Source: the human T2T-CHM13v2.0 reference genome, Homo sapiens
Strand: one strand, 5' to 3'
Assembly: GCF_009914755.1 (NCBI RefSeq)
Contig: NC_060938.1
DNA: 64,000 bases
Made by a program: the position numbers and the translations under genes. The notes beneath the pieces are model-generated. The model was not told where the DNA came from. It did not search any database and saw nothing but the letters and a program-made list of their open reading frames with translations. Shown one piece after another: positions 50,091-64,000 of this stretch (position 1 is its first letter; every line of letters begins with the position of its first letter).

Positions 50091-50128
50091 CATTTTATTT
50101 ACGGTGATGGTAAAAACTACACTTTCAG

Positions 50129-50487
<359 letters not shown>

Positions 50488-52134
50488 TTAAACAGAAAAA
50501 ATGTTACTGTGGCAAATCTTCGAGTCTCACATATTGATCAGTGCTTGGCATGCTTTTGGAACTGAGTTTCAAGAACTCAAATTAATATTATATTTTAGAT
50601 ACTGACATTATTACTGAAAGATACTTAATTCTCAAAATAATATAAAAATAAAAATAAAGCGTAAAAAAGTATTAATTTCATGATTTGACAAGAATCTTGA
50701 AAGAAGGAAGGGGTATGGAGAACTGGATTTCCAGTACCATAGGTACCATAAGTAAAGTCCCATATCTGCTGTTCATTCCTACTTAAGCCATCAGTAGTCC
50801 TTTTTACTGGAAGTAATTCTGTAGAAAGAATGAAATAAAGAAAGGGTTAACATTCAAAAGTAATTCACAAGGTGTTGGTTATAGTCCTAGCTCTGCCATT
50901 GTTTTCTTTTCAGCAAATTACTTCATCATTTTGACCTCAATTTTCTAATAAGAACTTCATAATCTTATGTTTCTAAAATAATTCTCTCCTAACCCTGCAA
51001 AGGTCACACATCCTTAAAAAAGGCTATAGAATCTACATTTTTCTGCTCATAATTTAAGAAATTTTTGGAAAGTGCCAAGTGTGTTGGAGCTTGCTTATTC
51101 TTTCCTATTTAATATGATTCTTATTAACAAAAAAGTTTTTCAGATACCCCCAATGTATATTTCAAATTTAATAAAATGTTAAGGTCTGTTTAATATATGG
51201 CATGATGCCATCAATATTTTCTAATTATTTGTGTATCATTTGAGCCTCATATTCTTGCATCCTTGTAATTTGATAAAATGGATATAGATCACCTCACCTA
51301 AGAAAATGGAGGCCCATCTGTTATATTTTAAATGCATCTGTTCATCTGCTAAATCCATTTGTCAAATTCATGTAAGTTAACAGAGATTTCTTCTAAGTAC
51401 ATAAAATGATACGTGAGGAAAAGAATTAAGACGGAGTTCTGTTTTACTAGATATGGGGGGGCGACAAATGCTTATCCAAATCCAACTATCTTTCCAAATG
51501 TTTCAAAATGTTTTTAATATATTGTAACTAAATTTTATAAAGCATATTTAATCTGCTTTGAAAACCATCCTCAAATAAGTTAAAGTCAGAGTGGATAATT
51601 TTTCTGCAATGGAACTGTTTTAACTTTTAAGTATATTTTTAACTTTAAGGAAAAATTAAAATAAATATTTGTATTAAGATATATAGGGGAGAGAAGATTG
51701 AAAGGAAAGGATCTAGTTAGCCTTCTGAAGATATTCTGCACTTTCATTAGTTTTCATTAGAAGGAATTTATAAAACAATATGCATTTGTAGTGAATTCTA
51801 CCTCTTTCACTTTAACATTGAGCCTTGGTCAGAATGAGTATTCTACCAAGGTTCACAGACTTTTGGAAAATATTGAGAACATAGGTTCAAAAGATACCTG
51901 AGGCAGTGAAATTGATCAGCTGTTCAAAGCATCTCTGGTACCTTAAGCAAATGGCCTCTCTTCCTATTTCATTCACATTGATCTCACCCAGGGGAAATTT
52001 CTTTCGTATTCTTATCCAACTTTGTTAACATGACATTTAATCTAGACCAAATCAGCCTCTTCATATTGTGTATACTTCCTGTATTTTTTACAATAAATCT
52101 GAATCTTTCTATTATTTATGAATAATGTAAACCA

Positions 52135-52265
52135 TTATTTGTAACTCTCTGAACCTCATTGTCCTCATCTGAACAATAGGATAATATTTCTACTACCACA
52201 TTAGGCTGCTATAAAGACTTAAAAAAATAAAAAACAATAAACAGTAAAATAATGTATAAAGTCTA
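52135..52265 (+). mobile_element. MIR fragment
   Basis: aactctctgaacctcattgtcctcatctgaacaataggataata. Confidence 0.6.
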
Positions 52266-52399
52266 AATTTACCACATAGAAATGTAAGGAATTATCTCTG
52301 ATTCACATAATTTACATAACTTCTTTCTTTGCAGAATTTACCACTGTTGTCATAAATCTAAAACTGTTTTGAATGCTCATTTCTCTGTTTGGATTATTC

Positions 52400-52730
52400 T
52401 TACTCAACCTTTCTCCATGTTTTTTACCTATGTAATTCTTACTTACCTCCAAAGACCCAGGTCTCCTGTTAACTAACTCCATTTGAGAAACCTCTAAGAC
52501 TGGACTTCTCTTCTCTTAGCCCGACTTGAGTGGTCTTTTCCTGGTTCTCCTTTACCATATTACTTGTAATTCTTCATTTATGTATAATGTATAATCCATC
52601 TCTCCCCCGACCCCTGTGCTGTGAACTGCAAAATGGTGGAGAGACTTTCTAATTCAACTTTATATTCCCAAATGTGCAGCATCTTAAAGGTATTTAAGAA
52701 TTGTTTTCCAGAGAAAAGAAACGATGAATT
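52400..52730 (+). mobile_element. L2 remnant
   Basis: taattcttacttacctccaaagacccag...catctctccccc...ctgtgaact...ctttatattcccca. Confidence 0.45.
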
Positions 52731-53049
52731 ATATTATTAGGCCATGTTCTTTTTATTTTAAATGTTTCCCAGATCTGGAATATTCCCTCCAGACTTTAAA
52801 GTGTGTCTTCTTGTCACTTCTTGTGTCAAACACACCATGATTTCTCAGCAGGAAGTGAAAGGGCCTCTCTTGTGTGCTGATAATATTCTGTTTACAAATT
52901 TTATTGTCACTTCTGTATTTACCATATTCCCTGTTCCCACTATTTTGTGTCTTTTTAAATTTCATAATTCTGAAGATATGTATCCCATATTTGAATGCCA
53001 AATGGGTCAGAAAATCATGAAAATAAAATGGAACAGGGTGGTGTTATAA

Positions 53050-53270
53050 TAGTTAACATTTGTTTAACTTTTAGTGCATTCCAGATACTGGAATTGATTA
53101 ACTCTTTTAGCCTCACCCCAATTCTATGTGCTGGAGAATATTTTTATGCCATTTAAAAATAAACTGAAGCACAGAGAGGTTCAGTAATTTGCTGAAGTGA
53201 AAGAGGCAGGATTTGAACCCAGAGAGGACTCCTCCAGGATCTGCATGCTTAATCACTAGAGTACATAACA
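53050..53270 (-). mobile_element. MIR
   Basis: aaactgaagcacagagaggttcagtaatttgc...ggcaggatttgaacccag...tgcttaatcacta. Confidence 0.8.
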
Positions 53271-54533
53271 CTGTGAAGTAGGAAAGTGAGGTAGGCACTG
53301 TGGCTACTGAAGAACAAGCACAAGCCCTTTCTAAACAGCCCCCCAAACTCACTGCCTTAACACAGTAAGTTATATTAATGATCATGCAAAGTTTATGCTA
53401 GTTGGGTGATTTTCCATGTGACTTAGCCTACCCCAATTTAATTAATACACAGAAAATAACATCTTCTTATAAGGGGGGGAAAAAACCTATTCTGAACTCA
53501 AAATCATAGGCTAATTATGTAAAGTGCCAGTGCAACACCCAGGCATATATAAATGCTCCCATATGTTGTATGAAACATTCCACTGTGAATTCAAAATTCA
53601 TTCACTCCCATGAGTGAAATTCTTACACTGTTTCTTCTGTTTTTGAACAGTTGCAGATCTATAGAAAGTATTACAAAGTTTTTAGATGAATACATAAATT
53701 AGTAGTTAGATAAAAGGGGAATGTTAAGGGTAATGTAGTCTATCCTAAAATTTTCACTCATTATTATTAGAATCAAATAATCTCTAGAATACCATACACT
53801 CCTGGATTTGGCGGAGAATGATTTACAAAAGAGCTGCTGTTCCACCATTAAACATACTAAACACAGATGTTACAATATGGTGAAAAGAAATTAAAATAAG
53901 GTAATTCCTCAACATGGCCTTGGTTCAAAAGTCTTTTTTGAAGTGGTAGAAGTCACACCCAACCAATGAATTATGGCAATTAACTCAATGCCTCAAGGGA
54001 AATTTCTCTCATACTTTATCTGTTACAACACAGTTTATCCAAGATTAGTCACAGTTTACAAAATGGATTTTGGATAGATAATTATTATTTCTGGTTTAAT
54101 TGTTTTATTTTTTAACAAAGAAGATATTTGAAGGAAAGATATATGTAGAACCTAACAAGGCTTTAGGCTTATTTTTATGTTTTTTTCCCCCTGAAATCTT
54201 ATTCGAGGGGGGAAAAAAAAACCAACACTTTCCTGAACTCAAAATGGGATGTTTTATACTAAGGAAAGATAAAAACTAGGACAGCTTTCTACTATAAACA
54301 CTAAGATGGTCAAAAGTAGTTCACGTATCTCACAGGCCATTTTAACCTTTAAATTAAAACAGCAAGTTAAATGTCAAAATGTCGATAATTTAGATAAATT
54401 TGTGATCATCATTCTGATGTCAACAAATCATCCAATAATTAAAATATCCATGCATTCTTTTGGTTTAAAATCTACTCCAGCAATTGTCAATTCTTGATAA
54501 ACAAAAATTAATGGACTTCTTATTCATTCTAGG

Positions 54534-54837
<304 letters not shown>

Positions 54838-55027
54838 ATTCTAGTTTCCCTTTTATATCTTGTTTGGAAATTTCTATTTGTTTTTCCTTCAAAACATTTG
54901 AAGGAATTCTATTTCCAGTAATATCTCTAACTTATTATTGTGAGAAATAGCATTCTACAACAAATTCTATTTCACACATATACACATAATTCAAATATTC
55001 TGGATAAAATGTAGACAAACATTTTTT

Positions 55028-56353
55028 CTTCAACTTTTAAGTACAAGGGTACATGTGCAGGATATGCAGGTTTGTTTCGTAGGTAAACGTGTGCCATGGT
55101 GGTTTGCCGCACAGATCAACCCATCACCTAGGTATTAAGCTCCAAATGCATTAGCTATTCTTTCTGATCCTCTCCCTCTCCCCATCCCCCCAACAGGCCC
55201 CAGTGTGTGTTGTTTCCCTCCATGTGTACACGTGTTCTCATCGTTCAGCTCCTATTTATAAATGAGAACATGCGATGTTTGGTTTTCTGTTCCCGTGTTA
55301 GTTTGCTGAGGATAATAGCTTCCAGCTCCATCCATGTCCCTGCAAAGGGCATGATCTTGTTTCTTTTTATGGGGGCACAGTATTCCATGGTATATATGTA
55401 CCACATTTTCTTTATCCAGTTGATGGGGATTTGGGTTGATTCCATGTCTTTGCTATTGTGAATAGTGCTGCAATGAACATACACATGCATGTATCTTTAT
55501 ATTAGAATGATTTATATTTCTTTGGATATATACCCAGTAATGGGATTGCTCAGTCAAATGGTATGTCTGCTTCTAGGTCTCAGAGAAATCACCACACTGG
55601 CTTCCACAGTGGTTGAACTAACTTACACTCCCACCAACAGTGTAAATGTGTTCCTTTTTCTCCACAACCTCACCAGCAACTGTTTCTTGACTTTTTAATA
55701 ATCACCATTCTGACTGGCATGAGTTGGTATCTTGTTGTGGTTTTGATTTGCATTTTTGTAATGTTAAGTGATCTTGAGCTTTTTTTCACATGTTTTTGGC
55801 CTCATGAATGTTTTATTTTGAGAAGGGTCTGTTCATGTCCTTTGCCCACTTTTTAATGGAGTTGTTTGTTTGTTTTTTTTCTTGTAAGTATGTTTAAGTT
55901 CCTTTTAGATCCTGGATATTAGACCTTTGTCAGATGGATGGATTGCACAAATTTTCTCCCATTCTGTAGGTTGTCTGTTCACTCTGATGATAGTTTCTTT
56001 TGCTGTGTAGAAGCTGTTTAGTTTAATTTGATCCCATTTGTCAATTTTTGCTTTTGTTGCAATTATTTTTGACATTTGCATCATGAAGTCTTTGCCTATG
56101 AGTATGTCCTGCATGCTATTGCCTAAATTTTCTTATAGGGTTTTTTTCTAACAGTTTTCAGTTTTACAATTAAGTCTTCAATCCATCCTGAGTTAATTTT
56201 TGTATAAAGTGTAAGGAAGGGATCCAGTTTCAATTTTCTGCATGTGGCTAGCCAGTTCTCCCAGGACCATTTATTAAATATTCTGTTAAATATTTATTAA
56301 ATATTATATTCTGTTCCATTAGTCTATGTGTCTATTTTTGTACCAGTACCACA
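55028..56353 (-). mobile_element. 5'-truncated L1PA10-13-like element (3'UTR plus ORF2 C-terminus)
   Basis: Peptides WIKKMWYIYTMEY...MELEAIILSKL and [15 protein letters not shown]. 17-bp TSD gt(a/g)gacaaacatttttt at 55011-55027 and 56354-56370. Confidence 0.95.
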
Positions 56354-56429
56354 GTGGACAAACATTTTTTAATAGACTTTACTTTTAAAGCACTTTTTGG
56401 TTCACAAGTAAACATGTTTTTTCATTAAA

Positions 56430-57310
56430 TCATACAGGAGCTCTGATGAAAAAAAGAAAACCCTCAGGTTGTCAAAAGTTAAGAATACACACACACACAA
56501 CAAGCAAAGGCTGAAGTTATGAGTTTTCTGAGGGTACCTGTCAATTTTGGCAAATTGGGATTGGGTTTTAATGTTCGTATAAAGGATATAATAGCAGCCT
56601 TGGATCTAAACGAAATATATAATTAGAGTTAGTATATCCCAATTCTCCACAAAACACACACAAAAAGCCAGGGTCCTTGAAATACTAAACCATGAGTAAA
56701 AGAGTAGACTAAAAAAACATTCTTCTATATGCAAAATGAGCCACTGAAGAAAATGAGTGTTTCTGCCACAACCTGTGATCTGGATGACAGAAAAAAAAAA
56801 CTTCCTGAATATTCAAAATCTCAGAATAACAAAATTTAAGGCACTCTTGGAAAAGCAAAGGCAAATTCTACCTAGAGGAAGAAATTTCAGTGTTTATCTC
56901 ACAAGATTCCCATGTTAAGCCCCACCAAACATGAGTTCATATTGCTAAATTACAATACAAATAGGAAAATAAATTTTGCGGAGTTGAGATTCAACAGTTA
57001 AAGAAAAAGTTAGTAAACTGTAAGATCAAGCTTGGAAAAAATAATGTGGTATGCTTTAGAAGGGGTTAAAGAAATAAAAAAGATGAAAGTGAAGAGATAG
57101 GAAAAACTATGCATATCTAATCAGAATTCCACATGGAGAGAAGAGCAGGAACATAGACAACATAACATTTCATAAGATAATGGCTGATGATTTCTCAGAA
57201 TTGACAAAAATCATGAATCCTTAGATTCAAGAAGCACAATAAATCCTAAGCAATATAAATAAAAGGCAATGATTCTACATCTATTTATATAATGGTAAAA
57301 CTGAGGAAGA
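56430..57310 (+). mobile_element. Very old L1M ORF1/5' remnant
   Basis: atctaatcagaattcca...agataatggctgatgatttctcagaattga...agattcaagaagcacaataaatcctaagc. Confidence 0.65.
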
Positions 57311-59004
57311 GTTAAAGAGTTGGGGAAGCATAAATGTATATACACAGATCAACTGAGAGAGAAAGACTGTATGAACATGTTAAATAGTAGAAGAGCAGTG
57401 TGGCAATAGGTGTCTGGCTACAAAACTATTTCTCCAAACATCTATTTTTATAACTTTGAAAACTTTAATTAGCTTATCCCATTTCTGAAACGTATTAGAT
57501 GTTTCATAAGTGGAGTAAGTTTAAAGATAATTAAAGGTTAGTTAGATGTCTTCTTTCATATTAGATGTTTTCCATGAGAGCTCATTAAATTTTATTTCTT
57601 ATGCCTTGTCCTCTTTGAAAAATAAAAACTTGAAGAACATACAATTGCACAATTTTTTTGATAAACAAGATTTTTCTCATTCCAAAGCTATATGAACTAA
57701 TTGGTAACACAACATTGTCTGATATTACTCCATCCTGTTCCAGGCACCTTAATCAAACCAGCCATTGGCTCTGTAGTTCAAGCTGTTTTTAAAATTATTA
57801 TTCTTTTTGACATCTGAAAGGAAATAAAACACTTTTTGTGACAAGTCCAGAAACTTAAGTACATTTGAGCATTCTGAACTGCCCTGCTGTTAAATCTTAC
57901 CTAATACACTGCCTTACATTTCCACACCTGACCTCCTGGTTTTTTTATCTCTCTGTGTGCTAAGGGCACAATGCCCATCAAACACTCTGGACTTGTTGTA
58001 GGAAGTAAGCTCCAAGGTAACTCCTGGGTGGTAGATGAGGACGCCTCCAAGGAATGGATCAACATTTAAGTTGTTGTAAGGAGACACAAAACAAAGCATC
58101 CATCCATCCATCTCCAAAAACGTTATGCCTCTTGACTGTGCTTCCTATGGTGATGTCTTTTTGCTATTAAATGGCTGCACAGCCAGGGAAAGCATGACAG
58201 GTTTTATCAGCCTTGACAGCTGTCTAGAAGAAACAGCAGGCAACCTAAAGCGTCAACGGCTGTGTGCAGCTATCTCTTCAGGTCCTGCCAGAGCTCGCAA
58301 AGCTGAGTCTGATCAGCACTCAAATTGAAGCCCTCCCTGCTGAATTTCTACAGGCTTCCTCAAGGCAGAGTTCTTTTTGTGCAAGATTTAAGGTTATGGT
58401 GAGGGTGTATTAATTGGGTTTGGGTGATGACATTTAGAGCAGTTAAAAGAGCCAACCCAACTTCATGTATTTGTCCCTGGTATGTCTATGTGCCTGGTAC
58501 TGGGTTAGGCTCTCCATGCAAAGGGAAATTGAACAGCAATCATGCTAGTTCTGTCTTTAGATTCTGCCAGGCACCTTTGTGTAATAGGAATGGCAGAAGC
58601 TGCAGAGTTAGAGTTTTAAGAGCCCTGAAGGTTATTCTTGGTACAGACACTAATGACCTGTGGTGTAACTTAACTTCGCTAAGCCTGAATTTTCACAAAG
58701 TATGAAAACATTTTTGACACCGCCTTTGGAGAGTCACTGTGAATGCACTGAGAATGCATTTAAAATGACTAATTGCATAGTGACATTGTTTATAGGTTTG
58801 CATATGTTTTATTTATTATTTATCCTCTGTCTCTCTGTCTCTCTTTCGCTCTCTGTTTCTCTCTCTCTCTTCACTTTTTATTGTCCTGCTTTTTTGCTTA
58901 TTCCTGAGTATCTTGAAAAATAAGTGTGTCATCCAGGACAAGTGTGTGCACTTCAGAACCAGAAACAACTGGGTTCCAATAAAGCACTACTTTTTGAAGA
59001 TTAT

Positions 59005-59200
59005 TTTAACATCCTTTTTGAAATAATTGAAGACTCCCAAGAAGTTGCAAAAAGAATACAAAGGAGTCCCATCTACTCTTTATCCAACTTTCTCCGAAGA
59101 CGATATCTTTAAAAACCATAATACAATACTCAAAACCAGGAAATTGACATCAACACAACTACACACCTCATTGGTATTCCACCAGTTTTTACATGCATTC
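59005..59200 (-). mobile_element. L1MC 3' end fragment
   Basis: ttttgaaataattgaagactcccaagaagttgcaaaaag...caaaaccaggaaattgacat. Confidence 0.7.
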
Positions 59201-59605
59201 CAAACACTGCCATTAACTGCTTTGGTACCTATAAACAATATATTTAACCTGTCTGAGCCTCAGTCTTCAAAATAGAAATCGTTTATCAGCACCCAACTCA
59301 TATTGTATCCCTGAAGATTATAGGAGGCTCCAAACATAAATTCATGTATACTTAACCTATTGTTGGTTGTAGCCTATAGCTATTGACTTACCAGTAGTGT
59401 TCTGTGGTCAGGAAGAGCATATGAGCTCTCTGCTGCCTAATTGGTAAACTCTAAGACCCTCAGTATCTTCATTGGAGAAATGGGGATAATAATAGCACTT
59501 GTACAATTATAGTTTTTGCTAGATGGTTAGATAATATTTCAAAAGTATTTAAACGGTGCCCGATATCTAGTAAGCACTGAATGTGTTAGATCTTATTATT
59601 GTTAT
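59200..59605 (+). mobile_element. Two MIR fragments
   Basis: tttaacctgtctgagcctcagtcttc; cctcagtatcttcattggagaaatggggataataatagcac...tagtaagcactg. Confidence 0.7.
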
Positions 59606-60227
59606 AGTGCCTGCCACTTAATAAGAGGGTAATAAATGTCAGCTTATATTTGCATTTTATTCTCCTTCTTGTTCTCTCTTTGTTTATTGAGTTCTTCCCT
59701 CAGCTGTCTTCTTTATTGAATACAGAGAATACCTATAAATTCTCACCCCCTTTCAGGATTTCACTGATTCTCAGGTCAATAGCTCTATCTTACATCCTGT
59801 CTTCTGTTTCCAGACCTGCACTAAAGCTGCAAACTGACATCTCTAAGTGAAACTCATTTTCTTTGTCTCCGAAATACTGTGGCCTTGGTAAGTGTTCAGT
59901 ATGAGCTAATGTGCAGACAGGGAAAGGAAGTCTCCCTGCAGGCCTGGGACAATGATCCCTCTACCCCAAATTTTCCACCTTTCCCTGACCTCCCCCACCA
60001 CCCACCCTCCCCACCACCTGTAGCTCCCCACCATCACAGTTATGGAGCAAGAAGCCATGTTGATCAAAAGAAAAGGTGAGAGAGAACTAATAAACCCAGA
60101 AAGAAGGGTTGGTAGGATGCAAGAGCAGGAGCTTGGGCAGCAGAACATGACAACTCAGTGTGTGCCATGTGGGTATTGATGATTTCAGGTCAACAAGAAG
60201 TTCTTTAGTCTGTCCTTGAAGGAGCAT

Positions 60228-60675
60228 TTATTTGTTTCCTAGGACTGTCATAACAAACACAAACTGAGTGGTCTGAACAACAAACATGTATTGTCTCACA
60301 TTTCTGAAGGCTGGAAGTGTCAGATCAAGATGTCTCCCGAGAGCTGTGAGAAAGAATCTGTGTCATGCCTCTCCTCTAGCTTCTGGTGGTTGCTGGCAGT
60401 CATTGGTGGTCCTTGCCTTGTAGAAACATTACCCCAAGTTCTGCCTTTATCATCACATGATGTTCTCTCTGTGTGCTTTTCTATCTGTAGTTTTCCCCTT
60501 TTTACAAGCACACCAGTCATATTGAATGAATGAAGGCCCACCCTAATGACATTTTAATTTGACTACCCCATAAAGACTCTATCTCCAAATACAGTCACCT
60601 TCTGGAGGGCTGGGAGCTAAGACTTCAACACAGGAATTGGTGGTAGGAGGAGGGGGTGCAATTCAACCCAAAACA
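60228..60675 (-). mobile_element. MLT1B/C LTR
   Basis: tttcctaggactgtcataacaaa...tctgaaggctggaag...ctctcctctagcttctggtggttgctggca...aattcaacccaaaaca. Confidence 0.87.
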
Positions 60676-60763
60676 GAATGAGCCAGCAAGTGGGAATGAA
60701 AGTGTTTCTTCTACTTGCTTCTCTTGGTTTCCAAATAGAAGAGCTCTTTCTTCTCTTCGTTTC

Positions 60764-61203
60764 TGTGATGATTAATACTGAGTGTCAAATTGATTAGATT
60801 GACAGATGCAAAGTATTGATCCTGGGTGTGTCTGTGAGAGTGTTGCCAAAGGAGATTAACATTTGAGTCAGTGGGCCTGGAAAGGCAGATCCAATCTTAA
60901 TCTGGGTAGGCACCATCTAATCAGCTGCCAGTGCAGCCAGAATATAAAAGCAGGCAGAAAAACCTGAAAAGGTTAGACTGGCTTAGCCTCCCAGCCTACA
61001 TCTTTCTCCCATGCTGGTTGCTTCCTGCCCTCAAACATCAGACTCCAAGTTCTTCAGCTTTGAGACTTGGACTGGCTTCCTTGCTCCTCAGCTTGCAGAT
61101 GGCCTGTTGTGGCACCTTGTGATTGTGTGAGTTAATACTACTTAATAAACTGCTTAATAAACTACTTTATATGTATATATATTTATACATATATAACTGC
61201 TAT

Positions 61204-61244
<41 letters not shown>

Positions 61245-61284
61245 CTTATTAGCTCTGTCACTCTAGAGAGCCCTGACTAAAACA
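60764..61284 (+). mobile_element. MLT2A1-type HERV-L solo LTR with an internal (TG)n
   Basis: tgtgatgattaatactgagtgtcaa...gttgccaaaggagattaacatttgagtcagtggg...ccctgactaaaaca; perfect TSD gtttc. Confidence 0.93.
61208..61238. repeat. (TG)n microsatellite
   Basis: About 15 TG units. Confidence 0.95.
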
Positions 61285-62026
61285 GTTTCCAAAGACAGTA
61301 CTTTCTTGGTACTCTTAAGAGTAAAATATTATTTCCCAGAGGCAGTGTGAGTAAGTGTTCATGTTACAAATACTAGAATTTCTTTCTGGGAGATTCTGAA
61401 CCTCTTTATAAGTATTTTTGTATGAGAAAAAGAGAACATTAAACTTTTTGTTAATGAAGGTATAGAGGGAATTAATTGAAATAGAGATGGGGAGGAGAAT
61501 TGAAGGGGTGGGTCAGGATTCAGATGTCTGGGCCCCAGAGTGAGCCTACTGTCAACTTGTAACCACAAATTCCCAGAGAAGTGAATAAAAAAAGGGGCTG
61601 CTTTTGTGGGACACTCTTTGTGTCACCAGGAAGTGTGATAAACAAAATCATCTTGAGCAAGTACTAGGGATGACTCCCCTGAGAAGGCTGCACATTTAAG
61701 TGGAAGAAACCATTATCCTGCCTATGTCTTGTGTCCATACCTATATATATATACATACTTGACACTACTCTTGATACCGCTTCTGAATCTCTCCAGCATA
61801 ATCCTGTCCCAAAGAAGCCTCCAGATTCCTTGAGAATCAAGCTAGACATTTCCTCATTTGCCACTTAGAGTTTTTCTCAAATACCCAAAGAGAAGACACT
61901 CATGTGATAACAGCATTAAATAGTCTGCCTGTGACAAGCAATTTGGATTTTATCAGAGTTAATGCAAGGGACATGAAAGTTAAGTGGAACACTGAGGAGG
62001 GGAGGGGCTTAAGGGATGTAGGTAAC

Positions 62027-62761
<735 letters not shown>

Positions 62762-63289
62762 TAGAAGAATGCTTTGGAACATTTGGACCTGAGCTAAATG
62801 CAAATTCGGAGAAGAATAGCATGATGCAGGGAAGACTTGGTATACTCATGCTTACTAAGAGAGTCTTCTAATGAAGGAGGTGTTACCCTCTCCAAATGGA
62901 ATCATAAGTATTCTTAACCCACAGAGCAGTTTCTGAACTATACTCACACAGCAGACTAATTCTGTGGGATGCTAGTAAGTATTGCATGAAAACAGAATTT
63001 GATGGTCAGGAAAATGAGTTGATGGGTTAAACAGATCTTTCTAATGCAAGATATCTCATAACATTTAGATACTGTGGGATTAAATTCATATACCACAATT
63101 CAAATGTGCAAAAATAGAACTTTGAGTGCTTGTTATAGCTTAATCTTGTATTATTCTTGTAGCAGGTTTTAGTTAGGGGTTAAAGTGATGTTCAGAAAAT
63201 GAAATTAAATGATGCAGAATCCTGTCTGAGAGGCATGTCTTGAAAATGTAGTATGCCTGAGTTCCCAGGTGAATGAGGAAATGGATTTG

Positions 63290-64000
63290 GTAAATATCAA
63301 CCCAATCACTGGCATAGTCTGCCCTTTTAGGCACCATATATCTTTACCCTTCTCACATGCATAGAATGCACACCTTTTTCCCAAATGAGATAAATCAAAT
63401 TCCTATCCAGTCACTACCTTCTACTCAAAGTCCACAACCTCTGAGTAACCACACACTGCTTCATCAAGCTCAAATGTGACTCCTCCTGACACAGTATACA
63501 AGAAGGCAAATGATCTGTACCTTCCCACTCTATGATGGCAAATGGTAGAAAAAAGACAGGGTAACTATGATTGATACGCGCATCTGAAAAACAGAATTAT
63601 GGGAGACACATAGTGGTCATTAGCCCACAGCAAGATGAACCTGTTCCAGGCTGGCATCATGAGGTGCCTGTGCCCTAATGGTGGAGGAAGGTCCTGATTA
63701 GATCCTGATCCTGCTCTCTGGAAATAACTCTCTTGTCTATTGTTCTTTGTGACCCATGATCTCACTCTCCAGAAAGTTTTTTTCCTCCATTCTTCTATAT
63801 GCCCATACCTGAGGTGGTGGTTTATAAGTGTCTTTCCTTTTGGTGATCTGTAGCTTTCACAGTTGACTTCTTGATACTGTAAGTCTGGGAATGTAAAAGT
63901 TGTGTTAATGATGAATCAGTCAGTAGTTTCTGTAATTCTTTAACTCAGGTTCATGGAGCTTTTGGAAATACCTTTAAATAACAGACTTTGTATCTATTTG
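63290..64000 (-). mobile_element. Probable ancient MaLR internal sequence (MLT1-int-like)
   Basis: ttctcacatgcatagaatgcacac...ctcaaagtccaca...aatggtagaaaaaagacagggtaac...gggagacacatagtggtcattagcccacagcaa. Confidence 0.5.

Noticed and set aside
52315-52340. Splice acceptor ttctttctttgcag
   Set aside because: No convincing donor within exon distance; flanked by MIR and L2 relics.
62925-63140. Possible ancient hAT MITE
   Set aside because: Too degenerate to identify TIRs or a family by eye.

Overview
AT-rich, CpG-poor primate (human-like) genomic DNA. I found no recognisable cellular protein-coding exon, RNA gene, CpG island or CRISPR array. A large part of the window is transposable-element sequence: the 5' 2.15 kb of an L1PA5/6-like LINE (minus strand), older L1PA/L1MC/L1ME fragments, a 146-bp L1PA2-type insertion, seven Alus, many MaLR/ERVL/ERV1/HML-3 LTRs including a near-complete THE1 provirus, a full-span Tigger1, several MITEs, and MIR/L2 relics. 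Many insertions are nested and have readable target-site duplications (TSDs). Nearly all L1s lie on the minus strand, which suggests an intron of a plus-strand gene. The best leads are: (1) an L1 antisense promoter with a split ORF0 and intact splice donors pointing at candidate plus-strand cryptic exons; (2) a one-LTR THE1B insertion that still has a perfect TSD; (3) an Alu plus unassigned segment captured inside Tigger1; (4) a polymerase-theta-like templated repair scar; (5) several LTRs with intact DUX4-type motifs; (6) two TE-free candidate enhancers. I cannot support a genuinely new biological system from sequence alone. Subfamily names come from recalled consensus sequences and need RepeatMasker/Dfam confirmation.
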